A stretch of 64,000 nt of DNA from an uncultured delta proteobacterium (GTDB taxonomy: Bacteria; Myxococcota; Myxococcia; Myxococcales; Myxococcaceae), in assembly GCA_963771175.1 (NCBI GenBank), contig CAVYSY010000046.1, positions 64,001 through 128,000 on the forward strand, read 5' to 3'. Positions 18,001-27,671 of this stretch are shown here, piece after piece. A program made the position numbers and the translations under genes. Every line of letters begins with the position of its first letter. The stretch's first letter is position 1. The notes under the pieces were generated by a model that was not told the origin of the DNA, did not search any database, and saw only the letters and a program-made list of their open reading frames with translations.

Positions 18001-20415
18001 GAGCGTCACAACTACGCCTCGTCCCGGGGCAAGGCGCTCTACACCCAGGAGTTCATCAGCTACTGGACCCGGCCCATCTCCCTCTCGCTGGAGCTCATCC
18101 GCAGCGCCTTCCATCACGCGCGGCAGGTCGGGGACCTCCCGGTCGCCAGCTATTGCTGCAACCACATCCTCACGGATCGCCTCGTCCTGGGTGACAAGCT
18201 GGAGGACGTCTACCTGGAGTCGGTGGCGCGCCTGGATTTCGTACGCAAGGCGGGCTTCCTGGACGTGCAGGACATCATTCGCCCCACCCAGCGCTACGTC
18301 CAGCAGTTGCGCGGGCTCTCGCGCTCCTTCGGCACGCTGAGTGGTGATGACTTCGAGGAAGAGGAGTTCGAGGCCAGTCTGACACCCGGGCGTATGAGCA
18401 CCATGCGGTGTTGGTACTGGCTGCACAAGATGCAGTCGCGCTTCATGTGCGGCGCGTACGAGGAAGCACGCGAAGCGGGAGAGAAGGCCACGGCGCTCAT
18501 CTGGGCCTCGTGGAGCCACATCCAGCTCCTGGACTACCACCTCTACCGGGCGCTGACGCTGGCCGCCTGCTACGAGGGGGCGGCGCCGGAGGAGCAGCGG
18601 CGGTTCCTCGAGGCCATGGGGGAGCACCAGCGGCAACTCGCGGAGTGGGCGAGCCATTGCCCCGAGAACTTCCTCGCACCCGAGCGGATGGTGTCCGCGG
18701 AGCTGGCCCGCGTGATGGGCCGGCCGGAGGAGGCGATGCGCGCCTACGAGGACGCGCTTCAGTCGGCCCGGGCTCACGGCTTCATCCAGAACGTCGGCCT
18801 CGCCAGCGAGCTGGCGGCGAACTTCTGGCGCGCGCGAGGGTTCGCGACCATCGCCGAGGGCTATGCCCATTCGGCCCGGGAGGCGTACCAGCAGTGGGGC
18901 GCCCGGGGTAAGGTCAAGCACCTGGAGTCCCGGTGGCCACACCTCGTGTTCTCGGCGGCCTCTTCGGACACGACCTCCTACGATACGGATTCGGCGCAGA
19001 TCGACGCGCACACCGTGGTGAAGGCCCAGCAGGCCATCTCCGGGGAGATAGTCCTGGACCGGCTGGTGACCACTCTCACGCAGGTGGCCATCGAGAACGC
19101 CGGCGCCCAGCGCGGCGCCCTCCTGCTGCCGAGAGGGGACACGCTCAGGGTGGTGTCCATCTCGGGCGCCTCGCCGGGCGCGCCCATCATCGTTCCGGGC
19201 GAGGAGGCCACCCACGAGCTGCCCTGGACGCTCATCGCCTACGTCAAGCGCACGCACGAGCATGTGCTCATCGGTGACGCCGCGAAGGATCACCCCTTCT
19301 CCGCCGACGAGTACTTCAGGCGTGGCCGGGCCCGGTCGGTGCTCTGCCTTCCACTGTTGCGACAGGATGCGTTCTTCGGGGTGCTGTACCTGGAGAACAG
19401 CCTGGCGACCGAGGCGTTCACTCCAGCCCGTATCGCCCTGCTCGGACACATCGCCTCCCAGGCCGCCATCTCCATGGAGAACGCGCGGTTGTACGCCGAG
19501 GTGCGGCACGCCGAGGCGGCCCTGCGCCGTGCCAATGACGAGCTGGAGACGCGGGTGGAGGAGCGCACGCGGGAGCTTCGGGACGCCCAGGCCCGGCTCG
19601 TGGACACCGCGCGCGCGGTGGGCATGTCCGAGGTCGCCTCCAATGTGTTGCACAACGTCGGCAATGTCCTCACCAGCGCCGTCGTCAACCTCGACCTGAT
19701 GCGTGCTGCGGAGGGCGCCTCGCGCTTCGGCCGGCTGAAGCAGCTCGCGGCGATGATCGATTTGCACCGCGACGGCCTGGCGGACTTCCTCACCCAGGAT
19801 CCACGCGGCAGGAGCCTGCCGGACTACTTCTGCGCGCTCACCGAGGAGCTCTTCCGCGAGAGGGAGAGCCTGCGGGGGAGATTGGAGGAGATGGGCTGGC
19901 ACATCGAGCACATCCGCTCCATCGTCCAGGTGCAGCAGACATACGCGAAGACCTCGCTTCTCATCGACGAGTGCGACCTGTCGCGGCTGGTCGAGGATGC
20001 CCTGCGCATCCAGAGGGCGGCGCTCGAGCGCCACGGCGTCTCCATCACGAGCGAGCTCACATCCACCGCCCAGGTGAAGGTGGACAGGCACAAGGTGCTG
20101 CAGATCCTCATCAATCTCATCAGCAACGCCAAATATGCCCTGGGGGACGTACCCGAGGGACAGCGGCGGGTGCTGGTGAGGCTCACCATGGAGGAGGGGA
20201 TGGCTCGAATCCAGGTGGTGGACAATGGGGTGGGAATCGCGCCGGAGGTCCGCGAGCGGCTCTTCTCGCATGGCTTCACCACGCGGAATGATGGCCATGG
20301 TTTCGGCCTGCACTCGAGCGCGCTCGCGGCGATGCTGTTGGGAGGCACCCTCCGGCTGGAGAGTGAAGGGCCGGGCCGGGGGGCCACGGCAACGTTGGAG
20401 CTCCCACTCGCGTGA
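15094..20415 (+). CDS. Hybrid Ser/Thr kinase - AAA ATPase - GAF - histidine kinase (1773 aa)
   Basis: HKDLKPSN, DFG, YMSPEQ; Walker A GYSGIGKS, Walker B FLDDLQW; GAF (GVLYLEN); H-box LHNVGN; NLISNA, DNGVG, GHGFGL. Confidence 0.93.
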   Translation: MYLPKPISPSNSLDIPGYRLLGSLRVTGANVLFLAVGEADNRPVIIKTPANPSPGPREWERYRWEHGILQRLRDVRGVSRVHSCELIQDRPVLILEEVEGESLLEAVGQRFAISSFLELAISMASALGEIHRRGIIHKDLKPSNIIITPAGEARIIDFGSATVQQVEHVDSAAPSLIEGTLAYMSPEQTGRMNRAVDYRTDLYSLGVTFYELLTGTLPFCASDALGWFHAHLAQLPRPPQELVATLPPALSAIVMKLLAKVAEERYQSAEGLKVDLERCREDLLQGVSRVFPLGERDFPSRFQIPQRLYGRDAHVATLFQGFERIVQGGRPELLLVSGYSGIGKSSVVNELQRPVVERRGFFLRGKFDQFQRDVPYATLAQAIRGLVRQLLAGTDEELAKWRGLLREAWGDNGQVLVDLVPQLELVVGKQPAIQELPPAEAQVRFNRVFQQFLGVFSTSEHPLVVFLDDLQWADLASLGILKHLLGDEDMPPVLLVGAYRDNEVSPSHPLMLMLEEVRKTGARVTDIRLEPLSAAQLRQLVADTLPGAGEELVVPLSELILEKTGGNPFFLIQLMLTLNQDGLLARTPQGAWRWDAAGVRAKAYSDNVVDFMVGKLRQLPAGTQHLLRLAACVGSGFPLPMLAIISGIEVSEVEQSLEPALQEGLLARHGAEQYRFLHDRIQQASQALIPEEERAAVHLSIGRLLLASLSPEEVREKLFDLVGQFNAGAALLEDPEERLQVARLNAEAGRKAKASIAYRSAIAYFEAAFNLLPGEPWTTDPELAFKLRLEQATCEFMNGNAAGARHLLAELRPRARVSADIAAVYRLTSELHLAMGEVPEAITCFLECLALLGMPMSPHPSWEEVVAANEEVWALLNGRPIESLIDLPLLKDPEIQAVLGVLGAMFAAAFFTDNNLLILHLCRLVSLTLRYGNSEAAVHGYAWYGVVLGSAFKKYREGYAFGTLACALVERHNYASSRGKALYTQEFISYWTRPISLSLELIRSAFHHARQVGDLPVASYCCNHILTDRLVLGDKLEDVYLESVARLDFVRKAGFLDVQDIIRPTQRYVQQLRGLSRSFGTLSGDDFEEEEFEASLTPGRMSTMRCWYWLHKMQSRFMCGAYEEAREAGEKATALIWASWSHIQLLDYHLYRALTLAACYEGAAPEEQRRFLEAMGEHQRQLAEWASHCPENFLAPERMVSAELARVMGRPEEAMRAYEDALQSARAHGFIQNVGLASELAANFWRARGFATIAEGYAHSAREAYQQWGARGKVKHLESRWPHLVFSAASSDTTSYDTDSAQIDAHTVVKAQQAISGEIVLDRLVTTLTQVAIENAGAQRGALLLPRGDTLRVVSISGASPGAPIIVPGEEATHELPWTLIAYVKRTHEHVLIGDAAKDHPFSADEYFRRGRARSVLCLPLLRQDAFFGVLYLENSLATEAFTPARIALLGHIASQAAISMENARLYAEVRHAEAALRRANDELETRVEERTRELRDAQARLVDTARAVGMSEVASNVLHNVGNVLTSAVVNLDLMRAAEGASRFGRLKQLAAMIDLHRDGLADFLTQDPRGRSLPDYFCALTEELFRERESLRGRLEEMGWHIEHIRSIVQVQQTYAKTSLLIDECDLSRLVEDALRIQRAALERHGVSITSELTSTAQVKVDRHKVLQILINLISNAKYALGDVPEGQRRVLVRLTMEEGMARIQVVDNGVGIAPEVRERLFSHGFTTRNDGHGFGLHSSALAAMLLGGTLRLESEGPGRGATATLELPLA

Positions 20416-20526
20416 GCGCTCAGGTGTCCGCGGGCTCCTGGCAGCCCGTGTCCTCGCTGCCTACGAAGCTGGCCCCGGCGCAGGGGCCAGCGCAGCGTGC
20501 GTGGTGTTGACGAATCCCTCTGGGAG

Positions 20527-22665
20527 CTACCAACTCACCGAGTCGACAGCGACGGTATCGGACCAGGTGGCGTCGGTGTGGAGCATCAGGCCGAGCCGAT
20601 GGAGCGGCACCGCCGCATCCGCGGGGACCTGGAGGGTGAGCGTGTTCCAGGCCCCCGGGACGAGAGCCGTGCCCGAGTACCACGAGTCCGTCCAGCGCCA
20701 CGCGCCGGCCGAGTCCTCCTGGACGAAGGGCTGGGCCCCGGAGACGTGGTGTCCGGAGGGGACCCACAGGTGGAAGGTGATGGTGCTGCCCGCGGGGGTG
20801 GTGGGCGACAGGGCATACACCAGACCCGAGGCGGACGCGGTGCCCGCCATCGACACCGCGAGCGACTGGTCTCCCGCCCAGGCCCGTGCCGCGGAGGCGG
20901 ACGCTCCCGTCACAATCGCTCCCGAGTACAACCAGCTCTGGGTGCCGCTCTCGAAGTTGTAGAACGCGCTGTCCGAGCTGGGGGCGGGCTCCACTCCCTG
21001 GAGGGTGGCCGCGAAGTTCCAGTGGTGGCCGGTCCACGCCGAGTCGAAGACACCCACCTTCACCGTGTAGGTTCCCGTGGAGGGCACGGTCCACGTGTAG
21101 TGGTAGTCGCGGGACTGGCCGTAGAAGAAGGCCTGGCCGTTCACGATCTGCTGCCCCACCTTGAGACCCGCCGCGTCGTGGACCTCGATGTCGATGATGG
21201 CGCCGCTCAGCGGGCCTCCGGTGGCGGTGACGGTAGCGGTGATGTCGACGCTCGTGCCCGCGGGCACGGACGTTCCCGACAGCACGACCGAGCTGGTGAA
21301 CTTCGGGGCCTGGGCATTCGGAGGGCTCGTCGGCTCGGTGGTGGGGCCCGCGGGGATGGCCAGACCGCCGCCCTTCAGGAAGTTGCCCGCGCGGCTCTTC
21401 ATGAAGAGCTGGCCGTCCGAGTAGTAGTCGTTGGTGTACGAGCTCTGCGTCTCCTCCCCCTTGCCGAAGAGGAGGGCGATGACACCGCTGGAGGCGAACT
21501 TCTCCAGGTGCGCCAGCCCATCGGGGCCGAAGAAGTACTCGGCGCGGTTGTCCTTGTAGCCCTCGCGCGGGGCGTTGCTCGTGTTGGGCACGTTGAGGTG
21601 CTGGGAGTTGCCCAGGGGCATCTGCCAGAGGATCCACCGCTTGCCGGAGGCGACGTTCCACAGCCGCAGCCACTCGGCGTACCGGTTGAAGCTCCGGGAG
21701 TCGAGGGGCGCCGAGTCGCTCGGGTCCCACCACCGGTTCTCCCCGCGGACGAGCTGGAAGTAGTCCGCGTCCCGGTCGAGCGGATCCGTCACCAGCACAT
21801 CATAGGTGCTGCCCGTGATGTTGGGCGCCAGGCCGAAGGGCTTGAGGAAGTCGTGGACCTTGGAGACCTCGGCCTCCAGCGGGAGCCCGAGGGCGAAGTG
21901 GATGATGTCCTGACCGCTGGCCCAGCCCGAGACGTGAGGGGCGAGGATGACATTGCTGGCGCCCACGACCTCGCGCAGTTGGAGGAAGGCGAGTCCCCAG
22001 CCGGCCAACGTGTTGGGCAGTTGCGCCAGCTCCGGCAGCCCCGTGTCCGCGATGGCCCCGTAGGCGTTGGGGTTGTTCTGCGACTGCTTCTGGAGGAAGC
22101 CGAAACCATCCGCCTCGATGAGGACCACCACGGGCTTGTTGAACTCCTTCGCCCGCTGCATCAGCATCTTGAAGTCGGAGAAGTAGCTCCGCATGGTGGA
22201 GGCGTTCTGCACCTTGGCGAGGACGGCCTCCTCACCGCCGCCCGGCTCGGTGTTGAGCTGGTAGTACTGGATGGTCGGGATGAAGCCCTGCGCGTCGCAC
22301 TGCTGCATGTACTCCAGGGCGAAGGCGCCATCGGCGGGTCCCCAGCCCCAGTTGTTGACCCAGCCCTTGATGAAGTAGCGGTAGCGCAGGTCCCAGGGCA
22401 CACCGCTGTCCCTCATCCAGGTGAACACGGTGTCCTCGAACAGGCCCACCGCGAGTCGCGTCGGCAGTCCCGCGGGGATCTGCCCCGAGACAGGGCCAAT
22501 CAACGACTCACTTCGCGCGACCAGGGGCTCACCGGACGCGGCCGGCTCCGTTGGCGGCTGACACGCCAACAGCGGTACCAGGGTCAAGGCCAGCAGGGTG
22601 CGTATGGAGTCCAGACAGCTCGTGGTCGCTCCACAGGCGGAGTCGATTTTTCCAGCTCGATTCAA
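20527..22665 (-). CDS. Secreted lipoprotein: putative glycoside hydrolase-like domain, Ig-like domain and CBM-like domain
   Basis: GGAGG-5nt-TTG start, lipobox LLAC; Trp/Tyr/acid-rich N-domain (IEADG, DPLDRDADY); P/T linker; C-terminal YNFESGTQSW CBM-like start. Confidence 0.6.
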   Translation of the reverse strand: MNRAGKIDSACGATTSCLDSIRTLLALTLVPLLACQPPTEPAASGEPLVARSESLIGPVSGQIPAGLPTRLAVGLFEDTVFTWMRDSGVPWDLRYRYFIKGWVNNWGWGPADGAFALEYMQQCDAQGFIPTIQYYQLNTEPGGGEEAVLAKVQNASTMRSYFSDFKMLMQRAKEFNKPVVVLIEADGFGFLQKQSQNNPNAYGAIADTGLPELAQLPNTLAGWGLAFLQLREVVGASNVILAPHVSGWASGQDIIHFALGLPLEAEVSKVHDFLKPFGLAPNITGSTYDVLVTDPLDRDADYFQLVRGENRWWDPSDSAPLDSRSFNRYAEWLRLWNVASGKRWILWQMPLGNSQHLNVPNTSNAPREGYKDNRAEYFFGPDGLAHLEKFASSGVIALLFGKGEETQSSYTNDYYSDGQLFMKSRAGNFLKGGGLAIPAGPTTEPTSPPNAQAPKFTSSVVLSGTSVPAGTSVDITATVTATGGPLSGAIIDIEVHDAAGLKVGQQIVNGQAFFYGQSRDYHYTWTVPSTGTYTVKVGVFDSAWTGHHWNFAATLQGVEPAPSSDSAFYNFESGTQSWLYSGAIVTGASASAARAWAGDQSLAVSMAGTASASGLVYALSPTTPAGSTITFHLWVPSGHHVSGAQPFVQEDSAGAWRWTDSWYSGTALVPGAWNTLTLQVPADAAVPLHRLGLMLHTDATWSDTVAVDSVSW

Positions 22666-22752
22666 CGTGACCTCCTGGACTGGTTCGAATTCCAGGGACC
22701 TCACGAGAGGTCCAATCGGCCACAACTCCAATGTGTTGCACGAGCTCCGGGG

Positions 22753-24861
22753 TCACCCGTTGAGTTGAGGGAAACCGGGCTCGAGCTGGCGGAGGACCTG
22801 CTCATAGGGCACCACCGTGCGCAGCTCCTCCAGCGAGGTGAGACCCTCCGCCGCGAGCCGGGCGGCATGTGCCACCAGTGGCCGGAAACCCGAGTCCATG
22901 GCGCTCCGCCGCAATCGCGAGGGCTCCAGGCCGCGCTCCATCGCGCCGCGGCCCTGCTCGTCCGGCTCCCAGTACTCCGCGAGGACGAGGCGGCCCGAGT
23001 AGCCCGTGCCTCCACACGCCTCGCAGCCCTGGCCCCGCCTCAGCCTCGCCCACATGGGGAGGCCCAGGGGGAAGAACTCCTTCACCAGCTCGGCGGGAGG
23101 CACGTCCGGCGCGGCGCACCCCGGACAGTTCCTCCGCGCCAGTCGCTGTCCCAGCACGCCGAGCAGTGTCTGGGCGAGCAGGCCCTCCTCCACGCCCAGG
23201 TCCATGATGCGCCGCACCACTCCGAACACGTCGTTGGCGTGCACCGTGCTGAGGATGAGGTGTCCGGTGAGCGCCGCGCGCAGCGCGCTCCGCGCCGTCT
23301 CCGCGTCGCGAATCTCCCCCACCAGGATGACGTCCGGATCCTGCCGCATGAAGGCCCGCACGAGCCGGTCGAAGGTGTTGCCGATCGACTCGTCCACCTG
23401 GCTCTGCTGCACGCCCTCCAGGGCGTACTCGATGGGATCCTCCGCGGTGAGGATCTTCTGCCCGGGGTGCTTGAGCTCCTCGAGGATGGAGTACAGCGTC
23501 GTCGTCTTGCCGGAGCCGGTGGGCCCGGTGATGAGCAGCAGCCCCTGGGGGTTGACCAGCAGCCGGCGAAGGTGCGCCAGCAACTCCGGGTCGAAGCCGA
23601 GCTGCTCCAGGGTGGAGACGGCCGAGCCCTGCTCCAGCACCCGGAGGGCGATGTTCTCTCCCCACAGCGTCGGCTGGGTGGCCACGCGGAAGTCCACCTG
23701 TCCCCGCTCGTAGCGGCGCCGGAGCGCCCCGTCCTGCGGCCGACGCGACTCGGTGATGTCCAGTCGCGCGTCCACCTTCAGCTTCGTCACCACGGCCTGC
23801 GCGTTCTCCGGCGTCACCCCGCTGTCCTTCATGGGCAGCAGGACTCCGTCCTTGCGCAGCCGCACGTCCACCCGGTGCTCGTAGCGCTCGAGGTGGATGT
23901 CGCTGCACCCACGCCTCACGGCCTCGTGCAGCAGCCGCTCGACGATGGCGGGAACGGTGGCCCCGGCTTCCATGGCGCTCGGGGGCTTGTCCGTTTCGGG
24001 AAGGGCCTCGAGGGCCAGCTTCAGCGCGCTCGGCGGGATGGCGAGGAAGTGCAGCTTCGCGCAGCCCAGCTCCCGGGCCAGCAGCTCCAACGGGTGCGTC
24101 TCGGGGAGCAGGTCCGTGAGGGCTACCCACAGTCGATCTTCCTCCACCCGCAGCGGCAGGGCCCCGCTCGATTCGATGAAGGCGCGGTGTACGCGGCGCA
24201 GCACGCCCGGGTCCACCAGCTCCTGCACCCGGGAGGCGGTGAGCAGGGGCTTGTCGAAGAACGCGCTCGCCGCGGCGTACAGTGCCTCCTCGGGGAGGTC
24301 CGCCTCCCGCAGGCGGGGTTGCCAGCCGCCGGGGCCCTGGGGGGAGAGCGACTCCGCCAGCGCGTGGCCGATGAGCCCCAGGCGCTGCAGGTAGCGCGGG
24401 AAGGAGTGCTTTCCCGGGTCCCTCCGCTCCAGCTCCGCCCAGGTGTGCTGGATGCGGGGGCTCAGGGCCTGCTGTTCCCCGAGCACCACCAGCTCCAGTC
24501 CGGGCAGGGGAGGCCGCATCTTCCCGTGGGACAGGGGCTCGGCCAGGCAGAACAGGCGCGAGCCCTGGAGCAGCAGCGGGAGGATGCCCGCCCCGAGTGC
24601 CCGATCGAGCGGTACGGCCCGGTGGATGCGCAGCGCCAGCACCTCGCCGTCCACCTCCGCGACGGCCACTCCCGCCTGTTCCGCGAGGAGGTGGATGAGC
24701 TCCTGACGCGAGAGCACTCCCTGCTCCAGCAGATAGCGCTCGAAGGGGAGGTTGGCCGCGTGCGCTCCTTCGAGCAGTGCGAGGCTGTTGGGGCGCGAGG
24801 GTCGGTGGCCGGGCAGCAGCCGGAGGAGCGTCTCTTCCTGGGAGGCAGGGGGGGGACTCAT
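22753..24861 (-). CDS. GspE/PilB-family secretion ATPase with an extended N-terminus
   Basis: SDIHLE, PQDG, Walker A GPTGSGKTTT, EDPIE, RQDPDVILVGEIRD, LTGH..STVH, CPGC..CEACGGTGYSGR zinc motif; start position uncertain. Confidence 0.9.
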   Translation of the reverse strand: MSPPPASQEETLLRLLPGHRPSRPNSLALLEGAHAANLPFERYLLEQGVLSRQELIHLLAEQAGVAVAEVDGEVLALRIHRAVPLDRALGAGILPLLLQGSRLFCLAEPLSHGKMRPPLPGLELVVLGEQQALSPRIQHTWAELERRDPGKHSFPRYLQRLGLIGHALAESLSPQGPGGWQPRLREADLPEEALYAAASAFFDKPLLTASRVQELVDPGVLRRVHRAFIESSGALPLRVEEDRLWVALTDLLPETHPLELLARELGCAKLHFLAIPPSALKLALEALPETDKPPSAMEAGATVPAIVERLLHEAVRRGCSDIHLERYEHRVDVRLRKDGVLLPMKDSGVTPENAQAVVTKLKVDARLDITESRRPQDGALRRRYERGQVDFRVATQPTLWGENIALRVLEQGSAVSTLEQLGFDPELLAHLRRLLVNPQGLLLITGPTGSGKTTTLYSILEELKHPGQKILTAEDPIEYALEGVQQSQVDESIGNTFDRLVRAFMRQDPDVILVGEIRDAETARSALRAALTGHLILSTVHANDVFGVVRRIMDLGVEEGLLAQTLLGVLGQRLARRNCPGCAAPDVPPAELVKEFFPLGLPMWARLRRGQGCEACGGTGYSGRLVLAEYWEPDEQGRGAMERGLEPSRLRRSAMDSGFRPLVAHAARLAAEGLTSLEELRTVVPYEQVLRQLEPGFPQLNG

Positions 24862-25087
24862 GGCAACGGGAAGGGATTGCAACCCCGGCACCACCCCGTT
24901 TCCGCCGCGAGGGAGCCCGGCCTTTCCGCAACCGCTGCGCGCCGGGGGGGCCCTCCGCGCAGCTCTTGCGCGGCGAGCCCGAACCGCCGCGCTCGGGTTC
25001 TCGCCTGGCCCCAGCAGCCGCCCGCCTGGGACCCCCAGCTCTCCTATACTTCCAACCTGTCCTATACTTCACGGATAGGAGGTTGGC

Positions 25088-26272
25088 ATGCCGACCCGGA
25101 TGGCGAGCGGAGCGTCGAGCTCTTCCGACACGCGCAGGGCAGTGGTTGAGGCCGTTGGGGCGGCCCGGGTGCGGCTCGGTGGCGAGACGCCCGTGCTGGG
25201 GTTCCTCCTGGCCTCCGCGAGGCATGACCTGCAGGCCATGCTGGGCGTGGCTCGGGACTGCTGCCCGGGGACGATGTTCCTCGCGTCGAGCACGGCGGGC
25301 GAGTTCACCGAGGCCGGCCTGACGCGGGGCGGGCTGAGCGTCATGCTGCTGGCTTCCGACACGCTCCAGTACGAGACCCGCTTCGCCACCTCCGTCTCCA
25401 AGAACTGCACCGCGGCCGCCGATACCCTCTGCGCGGACTTCGAGAAGCTGTCCCAGCAGGCGGGAAAACGGGGTCTCGGGCGCGCGCTCACGCTCCTGCT
25501 GGGGGATGGGCTGAACTTCATGATGGAGAGGCTGGTGGACGAGGTGCGGGAGAGGACCCGGGCCTTCCACCGCATCGTCGGCGGTGGGGCGGGGGATGAC
25601 GGCGCCTTCAAGAAGAGCTTCGTGGGAGTGGGCTCGCGCGCCGCCACGGATGCGGCCGTGGCGCTCCACCTCTTCGGGCGTCAGTCGTGGGGCATCGGGG
25701 TGGGCCACGGGGTGAGCCCCGCCTCCTCCCAGGCGACCGTCACGCGCTCCGTGGGCAATGTCGTGTACGAGCTCGACGGGCGGCCGGCCATCGAGTTCTA
25801 CCAGGAGTATGCCCGGAGCAAGGGGCTGGAGTTCTCGCCTCGGAACGCGGCGGAGTTCCTCGTGAGCAACGAGCTGGGCCTGCACGGCCTCAATGGGGTG
25901 GTGAAGGTGCGGGCGCCCCTATCGGTGACGCCGGAGGGGGCGCTGGTGTGCGCGGCGGACGTGCCGAGGAACGCGAAGGTGAGCATCGTCACCGGGACGG
26001 TGGAGAGCATGACGGCGGCGGCTCGGAATGCCGCGCAGGAGGCCCTCCAGGAGCTGGGCGGGCAGAAGCCGGCCGGGGTGTTCGTCTTCGACTGCATCTG
26101 CCGGGGCCTCGTCATGGGCCCCCGGTTCAGCGAGGAGATCGACACCATCAAGTCCGTGTTCGGCGACGTCCCCATCGCCGGCTTCCTCTCCTATAGCGAG
26201 ATTGCCCGGTTCAAGGGGCGCCTGGACGGCTACCACAACAACACCGTCGTCGTGGTGGCCGTGCCCGCGTAG
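25088..26272 (+). CDS. FIST N/C-domain signal transduction protein (NosP-like)
   Basis: SSTAGEF, GGGAGD, VYELDGRPA, FDCICR, GFLSYSEI and C-terminal HNNT. Confidence 0.88.
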   Translation: MPTRMASGASSSSDTRRAVVEAVGAARVRLGGETPVLGFLLASARHDLQAMLGVARDCCPGTMFLASSTAGEFTEAGLTRGGLSVMLLASDTLQYETRFATSVSKNCTAAADTLCADFEKLSQQAGKRGLGRALTLLLGDGLNFMMERLVDEVRERTRAFHRIVGGGAGDDGAFKKSFVGVGSRAATDAAVALHLFGRQSWGIGVGHGVSPASSQATVTRSVGNVVYELDGRPAIEFYQEYARSKGLEFSPRNAAEFLVSNELGLHGLNGVVKVRAPLSVTPEGALVCAADVPRNAKVSIVTGTVESMTAAARNAAQEALQELGGQKPAGVFVFDCICRGLVMGPRFSEEIDTIKSVFGDVPIAGFLSYSEIARFKGRLDGYHNNTVVVVAVPA

Positions 26273-26300
26273 AGTGCCGGCTCCTGGAGGGGGTGTTTTC

Positions 26301-27671
26301 ATGTCGATTCGCATGGGTGTGGTGTTTCTGGTGTTGGCCCTGACGGGCTGCCCAGGCAATGGCGGGCCGGGCTCTCCTCCCGACGCGGGCGGAGACCCTC
26401 GCAGCGGATGCTTCCAGGTGCCCGAGGAGTCCTCGCTGTGGAGCGGCGAGGGGTTCATGAGCGGGACGGAGGCGGGCGAGGAGTGGCTGGACGTGGCCGT
26501 TGACTCCCAGGGCCAGCTCTACCTCGCCGGCTATGAGAATGGAGAGCTCGGAAGGATCACTCCCTCGGGAGATTCGCGCGGTGTGCTGCTGAGGGTGGGG
26601 CAGGCCGATGGCGCCACGAGCGGGTATTGGAAGAAGGAGTTCGACCTCCAGGGCACCTCCGAGACCCTCGATGTGCTGGCCTTCCACCCGGACACTGGCG
26701 CTCTCTACTTCGCGGGCCGTACCACCGGAGCCTTGTCGGGGTTCACCCACATGGGCCAGCAAGACGTCTTCATTGGCGGGCCCCGCGGCTCCGAGAGGGA
26801 TGTGATTCTCTACCAGGGGGGGACGGAGCGTCCGCAGTACCCGAACCGGCTGGCCTTCGACGCCAATCGAGACCTTATCGTCAGCGGGTATGACGACTAC
26901 TACGTGCCCACTGGCGCCAATTACGTGGATCGGTGGGAGGATCCCTTCGTCTTCAAGCTGCGGTGGGCGGAGGAGGGGGGCGCGATGAGCCAGGTCTGGT
27001 GGCGGCAGTTCGACACCTCCCGCCCCGACACGCTGGGCGGTCTGGCCGTGGACCTCCAGGGTGAGTCGGCCATCTACGTCACGGGCAACAGTGGCCCCGA
27101 GAGTGGCTCATTCGTACAGAAGATCGACAACGCCACCGGTGAGCTCGTCTCCTCGTGGCGGCAGTCGACGAGCAGCATGGACATGATGCAGGCCGCCCAC
27201 GTCCGGAAGGATGGGAAGCTGCTCATCGCCGGCTCCACGGTCGCGCTGATGGGGGCGCAGGCCTACGGCGGGCAGGACGTGGTGGTGCGGTTGCTGGATA
27301 CGTCGACCGGCCAGCCTCTCTGGACGAGCCAGTTCGGTTCCGCGGAGTCCGACTTCGTGACGGACATGGCGGTGGACGCCCAGGGCAACATCTTCGTGGT
27401 GGGCGAGACGTTGGGGGCGGTGGATCCCGCCTACGGCTACCGGGGTGATTACGACGTCTTCCTGATGAAGTTCGATCCGGAGGGCAAGCTCCTCCTCGTC
27501 CGGCAATGGGGGAGTGCGGGGGATGATCACCCGAGTGCCGTGGCGGTGGACGCGTGCGGAGAGGCTTTCATCGTCGGTTACACGACCGGCGACTTGATGG
27601 GCCCCCGTTTCCCCTGGAAGGGGTCGCGTGACGCCTTCGTCCTCACCACGGCCTCGAGCGTCTCCCGTTAG
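26301..27671 (+). CDS. SBBP-repeat beta-propeller lipoprotein
   Basis: Lipobox LTGC; repeats such as [48 protein letters not shown]. Confidence 0.85.
   Translation: MSIRMGVVFLVLALTGCPGNGGPGSPPDAGGDPRSGCFQVPEESSLWSGEGFMSGTEAGEEWLDVAVDSQGQLYLAGYENGELGRITPSGDSRGVLLRVGQADGATSGYWKKEFDLQGTSETLDVLAFHPDTGALYFAGRTTGALSGFTHMGQQDVFIGGPRGSERDVILYQGGTERPQYPNRLAFDANRDLIVSGYDDYYVPTGANYVDRWEDPFVFKLRWAEEGGAMSQVWWRQFDTSRPDTLGGLAVDLQGESAIYVTGNSGPESGSFVQKIDNATGELVSSWRQSTSSMDMMQAAHVRKDGKLLIAGSTVALMGAQAYGGQDVVVRLLDTSTGQPLWTSQFGSAESDFVTDMAVDAQGNIFVVGETLGAVDPAYGYRGDYDVFLMKFDPEGKLLLVRQWGSAGDDHPSAVAVDACGEAFIVGYTTGDLMGPRFPWKGSRDAFVLTTASSVSR

Noticed and set aside
22678..22697. CTGGTTCGAATTCCAG resembling a tRNA T-arm or att site
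   Set aside because: Wrong stem and loop geometry, no cloverleaf or CCA, and no integrase nearby
20497..25149. 1550-aa plus-strand ORF, and other long antisense ORFs such as 1619-4696, 17356-20313, 22802-25885 and 34254-36509
   Set aside because: Shadow frames of real genes in high-GC DNA; Arg/Gly/Pro-rich with no motifs
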